DNA of 64,000 bases from Escherichia coli (GCF_965641715.1 NZ_OZ282453.1); one strand, 5' to 3'. Shown: positions 11,751 to 20,650, counted from the stretch's first letter. Numbers and translations: made by a program. Notes: generated by a model from the letters alone, not told the origin.

Positions 11751-12092
11751 ATGAAACAGCAACGTAATTCACGCTTTCGTAATGGCGCTGAACGCCACGC
11801 TAACCGTTTCGCTACCAGCGCATCACGCAGCAACATCCGCTACAGCCTGAGTGATACACACGCAACGCCGGATGGCTACCCAGTAAAACAAATCGGCGAG
11901 CATGCCTGGCTGATTGAAAAAGCTGGAATCGTGGTCCACAAATGCCCACGCAATCCGTTTACCGGAAACCGCATTTTTGCATTGAGCTGCGGCGACAATC
12001 AGTTCGGGCAGGATTTCACATTGTACGAAGCGCTACGCACGGTTGATCGTCTGCTCCGCGGACAAAGTTTTATTAAACAGGCTGATTTATAA
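11751..12092 (+). CDS. Hypothetical early protein
   Basis: 113-aa ORF with RBS in the early operon; no recognised family. Confidence 0.5.
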   Translation: MKQQRNSRFRNGAERHANRFATSASRSNIRYSLSDTHATPDGYPVKQIGEHAWLIEKAGIVVHKCPRNPFTGNRIFALSCGDNQFGQDFTLYEALRTVDRLLRGQSFIKQADL

Positions 12093-12102
12093 CAGGTGCT
12101 TT

Positions 12103-12390
12103 ATGACCAAAGACCATGCACAAGGTGTATTTATCCGTTTTATTGATTTTCGCGGTGAACTGTTATTACGCGCATCCGCTATTGATGGAGTGGCTCCGGC
12201 GGGTAAAAACGGAGCCGACGAAGCCACTTACGTTTATCTGAACGGCACGCGACTGCTTGTGGAACTTCCGTACCAGACCGTACGAGAAATCATTAGCAAA
12301 GCTGAAAAAGCGCGCCAGGCTAATGGCAATGAACCCTATATCGAAATTATTTGCATGGATTCAGAAGCTGAAATCCAGAAAGCAGATTAA
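12103..12390 (+). CDS. Hypothetical early protein
   Basis: About 95-aa ORF from internal ATG 12103; tightly packed in the early operon. Confidence 0.45.
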   Translation: MTKDHAQGVFIRFIDFRGELLLRASAIDGVAPAGKNGADEATYVYLNGTRLLVELPYQTVREIISKAEKARQANGNEPYIEIICMDSEAEIQKAD

Positions 12391-12401
12391 AGGGCGTTGC
12401 G

Positions 12402-12644
12402 ATGGGCAAAGAATATAAAACTCTCATTAACAAAGCACTTGAGCGTTTCTATTTTCGCTTAAGTGCATCAGGCGCTCATGCTGAACGTGCTGCCCGTGAC
12501 TCATTGACCAGGGCAATCCGGAGTCTGTATGACGTGGCTTTTTACGCTGATGATCTGGATGCACCTAACGAACTTTCCGAGCTGATCTGTGCCGCAGAAT
12601 GCGGGGAACATATTGAACCGTATAAGCTGGGGAATATCGCATGA
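12402..12644 (+). CDS. Hypothetical early protein
   Basis: 80-aa ORF in the early operon. Confidence 0.5.
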   Translation: MGKEYKTLINKALERFYFRLSASGAHAERAARDSLTRAIRSLYDVAFYADDLDAPNELSELICAAECGEHIEPYKLGNIA

Positions 12645-12754
12645 GTATATTTATCTCATGGCTTGTTCTGATTATTTCGGTGGTCTGCGCCATTGGGATT
12701 ATGCGAATTATTAATTCAGTGAAAAAGATCGAGCGTTTTTTCTCTGATGAATAA
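12641..12754 (+). CDS. Putative small single-pass membrane protein (37 aa)
   Basis: MSIFISWLVLIISVVCAIGIMRIINSVKKIERFFSDE; start overlaps the preceding stop (ATGA coupling); hydrophobic core; below the ORF-track size cutoff. Confidence 0.35.
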   Translation: MSIFISWLVLIISVVCAIGIMRIINSVKKIERFFSDE

Positions 12755-12846
12755 CGATACAAATAAAACATCAAATTAAATAAGAAAACGTGAAAACCAT
12801 CCGTATTAACGGAGGTATTCGCACACGTAAATAATGGAGATATAAA

Positions 12847-13263
12847 ATGAACGCAAAAGAAGAAGGCATTATCGACACATTAAAAAAAATATCAGAAGCG
12901 GAAGATGAAATGGCTAAAGATGACGTGAAGCGTAGCCAACATATGGCAGCACTTCACGCACTGACCATCGCAAAAATCACCGCTGACGCAGCCAAAATTA
13001 TTGAGGAACAGGGCAAAGAAATCGACACTCTTAAAACACAGTCAACAGTTGCAGCCATGAATCCGTCCAGCATTGGACGCCGCATTTACATTCTTGGTTC
13101 GGCAATAATGACGCAATACACCATTATTGCCGAACTGCACGGCAAATACCTGATAACGCCTTACCACACAAAAGAGTCAGAGCTTCTGACAAATCTCCGC
13201 CTGATAGAACGCTCTCAAGCTGTATTCATTGATGACGCGCAACGTGCCGTATTTAACGCATAG
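12847..13263 (+). CDS. Hypothetical protein in an AT-rich stretch (candidate moron)
   Basis: 138-aa ORF in a visibly AT-rich segment (about 12650-13260) that contrasts with flanking phage DNA; Lys/Glu-rich N-terminus. Confidence 0.5.
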   Translation: MNAKEEGIIDTLKKISEAEDEMAKDDVKRSQHMAALHALTIAKITADAAKIIEEQGKEIDTLKTQSTVAAMNPSSIGRRIYILGSAIMTQYTIIAELHGKYLITPYHTKESELLTNLRLIERSQAVFIDDAQRAVFNA

Positions 13264-13286
13264 GGTTACTGGACAAAGGGGGCGCA

Positions 13287-13490
13287 ATGGCAATTAAGCA
13301 TTTTCCCGTCGTTCGCTTTACCTCCAGAGGGCGCGAATACGAGGTCGACGAACGCCTGATTACCACTATCGACAAACATCGTTCGGAAAAGGATGCACAC
13401 CACATCTACCTCACTGACGGCACTTACTTCTGCGCCACCAACGTGGCGCGGGTGAATCTTATCCGACAGGTACAGGAGCCACACAGATGA
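13287..13490 (+). CDS. Hypothetical early protein
   Basis: 67-aa ORF; stop overlaps the next start. Confidence 0.45.
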   Translation: MAIKHFPVVRFTSRGREYEVDERLITTIDKHRSEKDAHHIYLTDGTYFCATNVARVNLIRQVQEPHR

Positions 13491-13753
13491 CCATTCTGGA
13501 CTACATCGCTACTCATCCGGGGTGTAGCGGCGGAGAGATCGCCGCAGCACTGAATACTCCAACCACAGCCATTAATGCTGAGTTACGCCAACTTTGGCGC
13601 GGCGGCTTAGTCATCAGAACAAACCGCAGCACAGGTGGTCGCGCTCGCAAAACTGGAGGCCAGGCTTCTTACCACGTAAACCCGATGCCGTTCGGGTGTA
13701 GCAATCCACTTACTCACATGTTTAACCAGCTACTGAAGGAAGCCAGAGCATGA
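13487..13753 (+). CDS. Putative winged-helix DNA-binding protein
   Basis: 88 aa; ...GCSGGEIAAALNTPTTAINAELRQLWRGGLV... resembles a winged HTH; translationally coupled to its neighbours. Confidence 0.5.
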   Translation: MTILDYIATHPGCSGGEIAAALNTPTTAINAELRQLWRGGLVIRTNRSTGGRARKTGGQASYHVNPMPFGCSNPLTHMFNQLLKEARA

Positions 13754-14049
13754 GCACCATCAACCACCAGAAGCTACGCGAACTGGCATTTGCCCTGCAA
13801 CGAATGGCAACGCCTCAAAAATTACTGGCATTTCGCGCAATGCTCTCGCCGTCTGCTGTGCTGGCATTGCTGGATGAGCTGGAGCACGCCAGAACCACGG
13901 CTCCTGCCATTCGCCTGACGCTCCATCATGAAATCGCTGATTTCTGCGCGACATTGGAGGCGCCAGGCGAACCGGAAACGCCGGAAGCAATACAGCAAGA
14001 GCCGCTGCAACGCATTGACAAGGTTTTTGATTTTTTTCTGAACCAGTAA
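13750..14049 (+). CDS. Hypothetical early protein
   Basis: 99-aa ORF overlapping the previous stop by 4 nt. Confidence 0.5.
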   Translation: MSTINHQKLRELAFALQRMATPQKLLAFRAMLSPSAVLALLDELEHARTTAPAIRLTLHHEIADFCATLEAPGEPETPEAIQQEPLQRIDKVFDFFLNQ

Positions 14050-14371
14050 GAAACCAGAGCATGCACACACAAAAAAACCGCTTGCCATGCCGCAATCAGT
14101 CAGGTTACATTTTCGCTGCACCTCATAAAACGGGTGCCGGGTTTCGCAGCCTGCTGACAACCAAAGCGCACAACCGCGCCAGCGGTTTTTTTGTGCGTAC
14201 TGTATTGCCACGTTTTTTTCGCGTCAGAATTATGGCGGGGCGTACGGGGCCGACTTCGGTCGGGCCGGGTTCTTTGGTTGCCGGTACTGCGAACCCCGTA
14301 CGTCTCGCCACCCACAGTTTCGCAGCTCTGGATGGTGAGTTTTCAAAACTTACAACCAAAGAGGCCACACC

Positions 14372-14602
14372 ATGGCAAACCGCAAACAGCACCGCGCTAT
14401 CGCGGAGCGTCGTCACATCCAGACTGAAATCAACCGCAGACTTTCCCGCGCATTCCGCGTCGCTAAAATCATGCACATCAATATGCTGCATGAGCGTAGC
14501 TGCGAACTTTCAAACCTCTACTCATCCGCTGTTTTCAGCTATCTGGCGGATGATCTGCGCGAGCTTCAACAGCTCATCCAGCAGCAAAACAAACTCCATT
14601 AA
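14372..14602 (+). CDS. Hypothetical early protein
   Basis: 76-aa basic ORF after a ~320-bp non-coding stretch. Confidence 0.45.
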   Translation: MANRKQHRAIAERRHIQTEINRRLSRAFRVAKIMHINMLHERSCELSNLYSSAVFSYLADDLRELQQLIQQQNKLH

Positions 14603-14674
14603 TTCCTGTTCCGGGCCTTTCCTGCACCTTGCGGCGGGAGGCCTTCGCACATCTGTAACAAGAGGATTGCCGCA

Positions 14675-15040
14675 ATGATTCTCGCCAACGACTTTCTTGA
14701 ATACCTGCTCAACACAGAGCGTGATCTTGCCGCTCGCGTACGTGATCGTTATGACATGTATCTGAAATCCCTGCCTGTACCGCAGCTCGCTGACGGAAAG
14801 ATTGTTATTGATGGTCGCTACATGATTGACAGCCACGAGGGAAATTACAGGCTTTACCGCATTGAAGGTGGCACCCCGTCCGTTATTGGCATTTACCAGC
14901 GCCCATCCTCTGCAATCGTCGATGTGATTGCCGACAGCATCCGCATCACACATCGCCATGCCGACACAGAAGACACCGTGCTGGAAATTCAGCGGCTGGC
15001 TGCCGTCTGCCGCGACACCCTGAATGGCATGACGAAGTAA
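14675..15040 (+). CDS. Hypothetical early protein
   Basis: 121-aa ORF immediately upstream of gene A. Confidence 0.5.
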   Translation: MILANDFLEYLLNTERDLAARVRDRYDMYLKSLPVPQLADGKIVIDGRYMIDSHEGNYRLYRIEGGTPSVIGIYQRPSSAIVDVIADSIRITHRHADTEDTVLEIQRLAAVCRDTLNGMTK

Positions 15041-15046
15041 ATCACT

Positions 15047-17869
15047 ATGACGGCAGAGTACATCAGGGACTGGCAACAACCGCGCCACGCAGTGGGACGT
15101 GAAGGAACGGGGATCCCCGTTCCTGAATCCGCGCTTTCCTCCTGGCTGGATGCCTACCGGGCAGAGAACGAGCGCCGCCAGGAAATGGCTGATGCGGCGT
15201 TCTCCGCCACGCCGCTGGGCAACCTGATTAATAAAAGCCTGGATGCACAGGAAAAACAGGACAAAACCATCACACTGGCAGGAGACGCCAGAAAACAGGT
15301 ACGCGGTGCGGTGGATGAAGCCATGGCCTCGCTGCGCCTGCTGCCGTCCTATCTGCGCGATCCGCTTATTCGCCACCTCTCCTTCCTGCGCAAAAAACAG
15401 GAAGCCGATCGCCGGAAAGGCAAAAAGAGCTGGCAGGCTGAACGCTACGCGCGCGGAACCCTGCGCAAAATATTCGAACGTCTGGACCGCACCGACCACC
15501 GCTGGCTGACACCGGGTTATCGCTCCCTTGCCGGACGCGAACGCCTGGATGATTTGCTTTACCTGCCGCAGCTCAACAAGCACCAGATACAGACGCTGGC
15601 CACCATGACGGCGGCGATGTTCAGCAGCACCTTCGAAAAACTCTGCGATGGCTTTGGCGCGACTGATGGCGAGCTGACCATGGATGTAACGCTGAAGGCG
15701 TATCAGATGCTGGCCCGCATGGCGTTACACCTGCACGCCATGCCTCCGCATTATGATGCACTGACAACAGACAAAGACCGGAGGAACGAACCGGACACGG
15801 AGCTGCTGCCGGGCGCAATCCTTCGCCTGACCTGTGCGGAATGGTGGAAACGCAAACTGTGGCTGTTACGTTGCGAGTGGCGGGAAGAACAACTCCGCGC
15901 CGCCTGTCTGGTTTCCAGAAAAACATCGCCCTATCTGAGCCAGGACGCGTTAAGCGAGTTTCGCGCACAGCGCGAGAAAACACGCGATTTCCTGAAAAGT
16001 TTCATGCTGGAAAACGAAGACGGGTTCACGATTGATCTCGAGACGGTGTATTACGCGGGAGTAAGTAACCCGGTTCATCGTAAGGCAGAAATGATGGCCA
16101 CCATGAAGGGGCTGGAACTTCTGGCCGAAGCCCGTGGCGACAAAGCGGTGTTTCTGACTGTCACCTGCCCGTCAAAATACCACGCCACAACAGAGAACGG
16201 TCATCCGAATCCCAAATGGAACGGGGCCACCATGCGCGACTCCAGCGATTACCTGGTTAACACGTTTTTTGCGGCGGTCCGCAAGAAACTGAACCGCGAC
16301 GGCCTGCGCTGGTATGGCATCCGCACGGTGGAGCCTCACCATGACGGCACCGTGCACTGGCATATGATGGTCTTTGCTCATCCGGAAGAAATCGACACCA
16401 TTGTGTCCCACACCCGCGATATTGCCATTCAGGAAGATCGTCACGAGCTGGGTGATGATATTACCCCACGCTTTAAGGCGGAGTACGTCGACGGCTCAAA
16501 AGGCACACCGACCAGCTACATCGCCACCTACATCGGGAAAAACCTGGACAGCCGTGCCGTGGATGGCATCGACCCGAAAACGGGCAAGCCACGCGTTGAC
16601 CACGAAACCGGAAAATCAATGGCCGAGAGCGTGGAACGCGCCATCGGCTGGGCGCGCCTTCATCGGGTCCGCCAGTTCCAGTTCTTTGGCATCCCCTCCC
16701 GTCAGGTGTGGCGTGAACTGCGCCGCCTTGCCAGCCAGATGGCTCGCAACCCGGAAGGACCGCAACGGCTGAAGGATGACGCAATGGACGCGGTTCTTGC
16801 TGCCGCTGATGCCGGATGTTTTGCCACCTACATAGAGAAACAGGGCGGCGTACTTGTTCCACGCAAGGACTACCTGATTCGCACCGCCTACGACCTCGCA
16901 GATGAGCTGAACGATTACGGTGAACAGAGCGTACAGATTTACGGGATCTGGTCACCGCTCATCGGGGAGTCTTCCCGCGTATGCACGCATCCGGACAACT
17001 GGAAGCTGGTAAGACGCAAACCGGAAGCGGAAGACAGCGCCCGCGAAAATGGTTTTGACCTTCAGGGCGGCCCTGCCGCCCCTTGGACTCGTGGCAATAA
17101 CTGTCCCCGTGTACAGGAAACAGGCAACAGCGGGACAGAACAGTCGAAAGAACGGCCAGCACCGTGGCCGCAGCTTCCTGACGGCGTTGACGTGAACGAA
17201 TGGATGCGCTCACTGAAACGGCACGAACGCCGGGCGCTGATGCGTTCGCTTCGTGACAAACAGGCAAAAAACAGCAGTGATGAAATGCAGAGCTGGACAC
17301 AGAGCCGCAAACAGCCACGGCCTTTGCCTGATAACCACGAATTACTCGCTAAAGAATGGCGGGAGTCTGCTGAATCTCTCGGCCTGCATATCGGTGAACA
17401 ACAGATGCAGCACCTGTTACGGGGCGGCAGTCTGTACGTTGACGGCAGCATCATTGCACCGCAGGGATTTGAAATTGTACGCAAACCGGATACCCGCCCG
17501 GACAGCCGAATCACGCAGCTCTGGCAGCGCCTGAGCCGTAATCATGGCGTAAGCAGCACGGAGATCCGCCATAACCCGGTCGCCAGCTATCTGGCACAGC
17601 TGGGGGCATCAGACCCTGAAGCCGCCGCACGCCTGGCATCCACACTTCAGCAGGACCAGAACACCATGAAAACACCCGTTACCGTGCTTTCTGACATGCT
17701 GCGCGCCATCCGCGACGCAGAGCACGCACAGAGAATCAGTGAAACCACTGAACGCGCCAGCCGCAAAGCAGACCTGCTGCGGGGTGGCCTGACCAGTGGA
17801 AACAAAAAACAGACAGAAACGGGATTCACAAATCCCATAAATGAGCAAAAAACGTGCCGCGATATATGA
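15047..17869 (+). CDS. Rolling-circle replication initiator (P2 gpA-like endonuclease)
   Basis: 940 aa with a HUH-type motif (VHWHMMVF); position after the early genes as in P2. Longer than P2 A as I recall it. Confidence 0.85.
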   Translation: MTAEYIRDWQQPRHAVGREGTGIPVPESALSSWLDAYRAENERRQEMADAAFSATPLGNLINKSLDAQEKQDKTITLAGDARKQVRGAVDEAMASLRLLPSYLRDPLIRHLSFLRKKQEADRRKGKKSWQAERYARGTLRKIFERLDRTDHRWLTPGYRSLAGRERLDDLLYLPQLNKHQIQTLATMTAAMFSSTFEKLCDGFGATDGELTMDVTLKAYQMLARMALHLHAMPPHYDALTTDKDRRNEPDTELLPGAILRLTCAEWWKRKLWLLRCEWREEQLRAACLVSRKTSPYLSQDALSEFRAQREKTRDFLKSFMLENEDGFTIDLETVYYAGVSNPVHRKAEMMATMKGLELLAEARGDKAVFLTVTCPSKYHATTENGHPNPKWNGATMRDSSDYLVNTFFAAVRKKLNRDGLRWYGIRTVEPHHDGTVHWHMMVFAHPEEIDTIVSHTRDIAIQEDRHELGDDITPRFKAEYVDGSKGTPTSYIATYIGKNLDSRAVDGIDPKTGKPRVDHETGKSMAESVERAIGWARLHRVRQFQFFGIPSRQVWRELRRLASQMARNPEGPQRLKDDAMDAVLAAADAGCFATYIEKQGGVLVPRKDYLIRTAYDLADELNDYGEQSVQIYGIWSPLIGESSRVCTHPDNWKLVRRKPEAEDSARENGFDLQGGPAAPWTRGNNCPRVQETGNSGTEQSKERPAPWPQLPDGVDVNEWMRSLKRHERRALMRSLRDKQAKNSSDEMQSWTQSRKQPRPLPDNHELLAKEWRESAESLGLHIGEQQMQHLLRGGSLYVDGSIIAPQGFEIVRKPDTRPDSRITQLWQRLSRNHGVSSTEIRHNPVASYLAQLGASDPEAAARLASTLQQDQNTMKTPVTVLSDMLRAIRDAEHAQRISETTERASRKADLLRGGLTSGNKKQTETGFTNPINEQKTCRDI

Positions 17870-17945
17870 AGCGCGCACAAAACAGGCAAAAGCGGGATTT
17901 AAAAATCCTGTAAACGATTAATTAATCAACATAAGGAAAAGCGAC

Positions 17946-18905
17946 ATGAAAATTTGTATCGACGACGGCTCCACCAACATCAAGCTGGCATGGACTGAGA
18001 ACGGCGAACGCCGCAACGCCATCAGCCCGAACAGCTTCAAGTCGGAATGGTCTGCGCCGTTCGGTGGCTCGCAGCCCGCGAACTACATGCTTGATGGCGT
18101 GCGCTATGGTTTTGATCCGGTCAGCGATCGCTTTGTCCAGACGACCGACACGCAATACCAGTACAGCGATGTGAATGTCATTGCCATTCATCACGCGCTG
18201 GTCAAATCAGGCATCACGCCACAGGAGGTGGATGTGGTTGTCACCCTGCCATTGAGCGAGTATTTCGACACAAACGCACAGCCGGACATGGCCAACATCA
18301 GCCGCAAAAAAGCGAACGTTATGCGCCCGGTGGAGTACCAGAACGGCGAAACATTCACTATCCGTAACGTACGGGTTATGCCTGAATCCATTCCGGCTGG
18401 CTTTAAAGCACTGGCTGACATGAGTCCGCTTGAATCCCTGCTGATTGTGGATTTGGGCGGAACCACACTGGATGTGGCAAAGGTTCAGGGGCAACTGGCA
18501 GGTATCAGCCAGGTGTTTTGCGATCCACACGTAGGCGTTTCCCTGATGGCCGATGCCGTACTGTCGGTGATGGCCACTAACGGTATGCGTATCAGTCACC
18601 ACATCGCCAATACCATTATCGAACATCGCCATGATGAAGCCTGGTTGCGCCAGCACATCCACAATGACGCGCATTACGCCAGCCTGATGGCGGTTATTCG
18701 TGAAAAGGAAGAAACACTGAAACAACGCGTGATCCGCGCGCTGGCGGTTTTTTCGGGTTACGGGCGGGTGATGGTTGTCGGTGGCGGGGCGGAGATTGTG
18801 GCACCCGCTATCCGCGAAGCCTGCGGAGTTAATGCGACTTTCATCGCGGACGGGGTGCCACAGTTTGCTCTGGTTAATGGGCTGTACGCAATGGACAAGG
18901 AGTAA
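17946..18905 (+). CDS. ParM/StbA-like actin-type segregation ATPase
   Basis: N-terminus MKICIDDGSTNIKLAW... and later ...YSDVNVIAIHHAL... closely resemble plasmid R1 ParM (MLVFIDDGSTNIKLQW...YSDVNVVAVHHAL) as recalled. Confidence 0.85.
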   Translation: MKICIDDGSTNIKLAWTENGERRNAISPNSFKSEWSAPFGGSQPANYMLDGVRYGFDPVSDRFVQTTDTQYQYSDVNVIAIHHALVKSGITPQEVDVVVTLPLSEYFDTNAQPDMANISRKKANVMRPVEYQNGETFTIRNVRVMPESIPAGFKALADMSPLESLLIVDLGGTTLDVAKVQGQLAGISQVFCDPHVGVSLMADAVLSVMATNGMRISHHIANTIIEHRHDEAWLRQHIHNDAHYASLMAVIREKEETLKQRVIRALAVFSGYGRVMVVGGGAEIVAPAIREACGVNATFIADGVPQFALVNGLYAMDKE

Positions 18906-18909
18906 ACCA

Positions 18910-19221
18910 ATGACGACTCCAACCAGACGGATAAGTTTCTATCTGAAGCCCGCCGCCGTCAAGAACGAAGGTGAAGCATGCGCCTGGCTGGACAGCCTTA
19001 CACCAGAAGCGCGCAAAAGCGGCCAACGCGTGGCTTTTCTGGCCGGGCTGGCACTTCTGAAAATGAATCCGGCAGAGGCTTACCGACTGGCTGCATGGGC
19101 TGATGATGAAGCGTTATCAGTGACACAAACCAGGACAGAACGCCCCGCGTCACAGCCAGTATCAACCGCACAGATAACCAGTCAGATGGCCGGAAATATC
19201 CGGGCGTTATTTCCCGAATAA
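18910..19221 (+). CDS. ParR/StbB-like centromere-binding adaptor
   Basis: 103 aa from ATG 18910 (AAGGAG RBS); RRISFYLKP...LDSLTPEARKSGQRVAFLAGLAL and C-terminal NIRALFPE parallel R1 ParR; 4 nt after the ParM stop. Confidence 0.7.
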   Translation: MTTPTRRISFYLKPAAVKNEGEACAWLDSLTPEARKSGQRVAFLAGLALLKMNPAEAYRLAAWADDEALSVTQTRTERPASQPVSTAQITSQMAGNIRALFPE

Positions 19222-19284
19222 CACAACATCAGGGCGCATCCGCCCTGATGACTTTAACCCGGGAACATAAACAAGGGGGACACA

Positions 19285-19620
19285 ATGCAACGCATTGACA
19301 GAGAAAAAGCGCAGCGACTGATTGAGCGGATGGAAGCGCTGGCGAAAGAAGAAAATGTCAACATCCAAAAAATAGCTGAATGTGGCCAGATAGTTCTTCG
19401 TCGTGAAAAAGACCTCAAACAACTGATGTCTGGCGAAACCAGCAAAACATGGACTTCAGGTGAGGAGACGATTTATTGCAGCTTCTGCAATAAATCCCAG
19501 TACGAAGTCACAAAGGTGATTGCCGGACCGTCTGTTTACATCTGCAATGAGTGCGTTGATTTGTGCAATGAAGTTATCAGGAGAGAAGTGACAGACCATG
19601 AAGAAAAAACGCATGAATGA
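19285..19620 (+). CDS. Protein with C-terminal ClpX-type C4 zinc-binding domain
   Basis: C-terminal [39 protein letters not shown] is near-identical to the ClpX N-domain as recalled; N-terminal ~65 aa unrelated and helical. Confidence 0.75.
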   Translation: MQRIDREKAQRLIERMEALAKEENVNIQKIAECGQIVLRREKDLKQLMSGETSKTWTSGEETIYCSFCNKSQYEVTKVIAGPSVYICNECVDLCNEVIRREVTDHEEKTHE

Positions 19621-19786
19621 CGAATTTGACGGCTTTTAATTTTATCGGGGCGCACTGTCGCCCTGCATGGAGAAAAACAATAAAAAAGATGAATAACTGC
19701 TCATGTCAGACGCGCTGCGGGCAAGTCTGGCACCCTGCCCTGTCTCCGCAAAGGCTGTTGTCTTAACACGACAGAGTATGCCAGCA

Positions 19787-20194
19787 TTAAATATAATCTT
19801 CTTCGTAGTCGCTGATTAATTCATTGCCATAATCAGACAGCAATTTCAAAGCAAAGGTAACTTCCTCAAGGGTAGCTATCCCCATTGCTGAAAACACCGT
19901 TAATTTAACCAGCAGCAGGGAGTTTGAAAGTTCGGAAGAGTTCATCATTAAAAATATTGATGCAGCCTGAAAAGCTGTGCGTTTATTCCCATCATGAAAG
20001 GCATGAGCCTTGGCTATACCAATCAAATACATAGCAGCCAGAGCATGAATATCATCAACCCCTTCATAGTAGTGTAGTGTCCTGACGCGATTTAAAGCAC
20101 CTTCAAGTAGCCCGTCATTGGCATTTCCGCTCTGGGGTAAAGTTTCAGCATGGATACGTTCTACTTGTTCTTTTGACAAAAACACTATGTCCAT
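19787..20194 (-). CDS. Doc-family (Fic-fold) toxin
   Basis: 135 aa with Fic/Doc active-site motif HAFHDGNKRTAF; downstream of and overlapping the antitoxin gene. Confidence 0.8.
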   Translation of the reverse strand: MDIVFLSKEQVERIHAETLPQSGNANDGLLEGALNRVRTLHYYEGVDDIHALAAMYLIGIAKAHAFHDGNKRTAFQAASIFLMMNSSELSNSLLLVKLTVFSAMGIATLEEVTFALKLLSDYGNELISDYEEDYI

Positions 20195-20550
20195 CAGTTA
20201 TCCTCAAGCTTTTTAATGATATCCGCATGTTTTTCTCTTGTACGCTTCATTGCATCTTCAAAAGACAATCCTTTTTTTCTCTGTGCGACAAGAGCTGGAT
20301 GACGTTTTTCCAGATCTCTCACTGCATTTATTAAGAGTGGTTGCTTCATTTTGTTTATTTGATCCCGCAGTTTTTTGGTTTTGCCAAGGACAGCCCGTAT
20401 TTCAGGACTAAGATCAGAACCAGCAAGAACAACATCCTTCCCTCCCTGCGCCGTGATAACGACACTGCCACCGGAAGAAAGGTAATCCAGAATTTCACTC
20501 AGGTTCTCACGAAATTCATCATCAGTTACAGTTTTCATATTCATTTCCAT
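20194..20550 (-). CDS. Phd/YefM-like antitoxin with C-terminal extension
   Basis: N-terminus ...MKTVTDDEFRENLSEILDYL...VVITAQGGKDVVLA fits the Phd/YefM pattern; stop overlaps the Doc start. Confidence 0.65.
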   Translation of the reverse strand: MEMNMKTVTDDEFRENLSEILDYLSSGGSVVITAQGGKDVVLAGSDLSPEIRAVLGKTKKLRDQINKMKQPLLINAVRDLEKRHPALVAQRKKGLSFEDAMKRTREKHADIIKKLEDN

Positions 20551-20624
20551 TATGCACGCCCATAACGTAAGTATAACGGCTTGTTGGGCAGTAATAACAC
20601 CGCCATATTTTCATTTTATACACC

Positions 20625-20650
20625 GCACAATAGTGCACAAATTTGCACAA
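20625..20650 (-). promoter_or_regulatory. Putative operator of the phd-doc promoter
   Basis: Three GCACAA hexamers at 10-bp phasing (20625, 20635, 20645) overlapping -10/-35-like elements upstream of the antitoxin gene. Confidence 0.4.

Noticed and set aside
14061-14678. 205-aa plus-strand ORF covering the non-coding gap and overlapping two early genes
   Set aside because: Low-complexity Ser/Thr/Ala-rich product, out of frame with and overlapping better-supported ORFs; region treated as non-coding.
14522-15583. 353-aa minus-strand ORF overlapping an early gene and the start of gene A
   Set aside because: Antisense to two well-supported co-directional genes in GC-rich DNA, where long spurious antisense frames are common.
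19620-19790. Possible LexA (SOS) box between the zinc-finger gene and doc
   Set aside because: CTGTTGTCTTAACACGACAG has CTGT and ACAG ends but 12-bp spacing, not the CTGT-N8-ACAG pattern; no convincing SOS box found in the cargo island.
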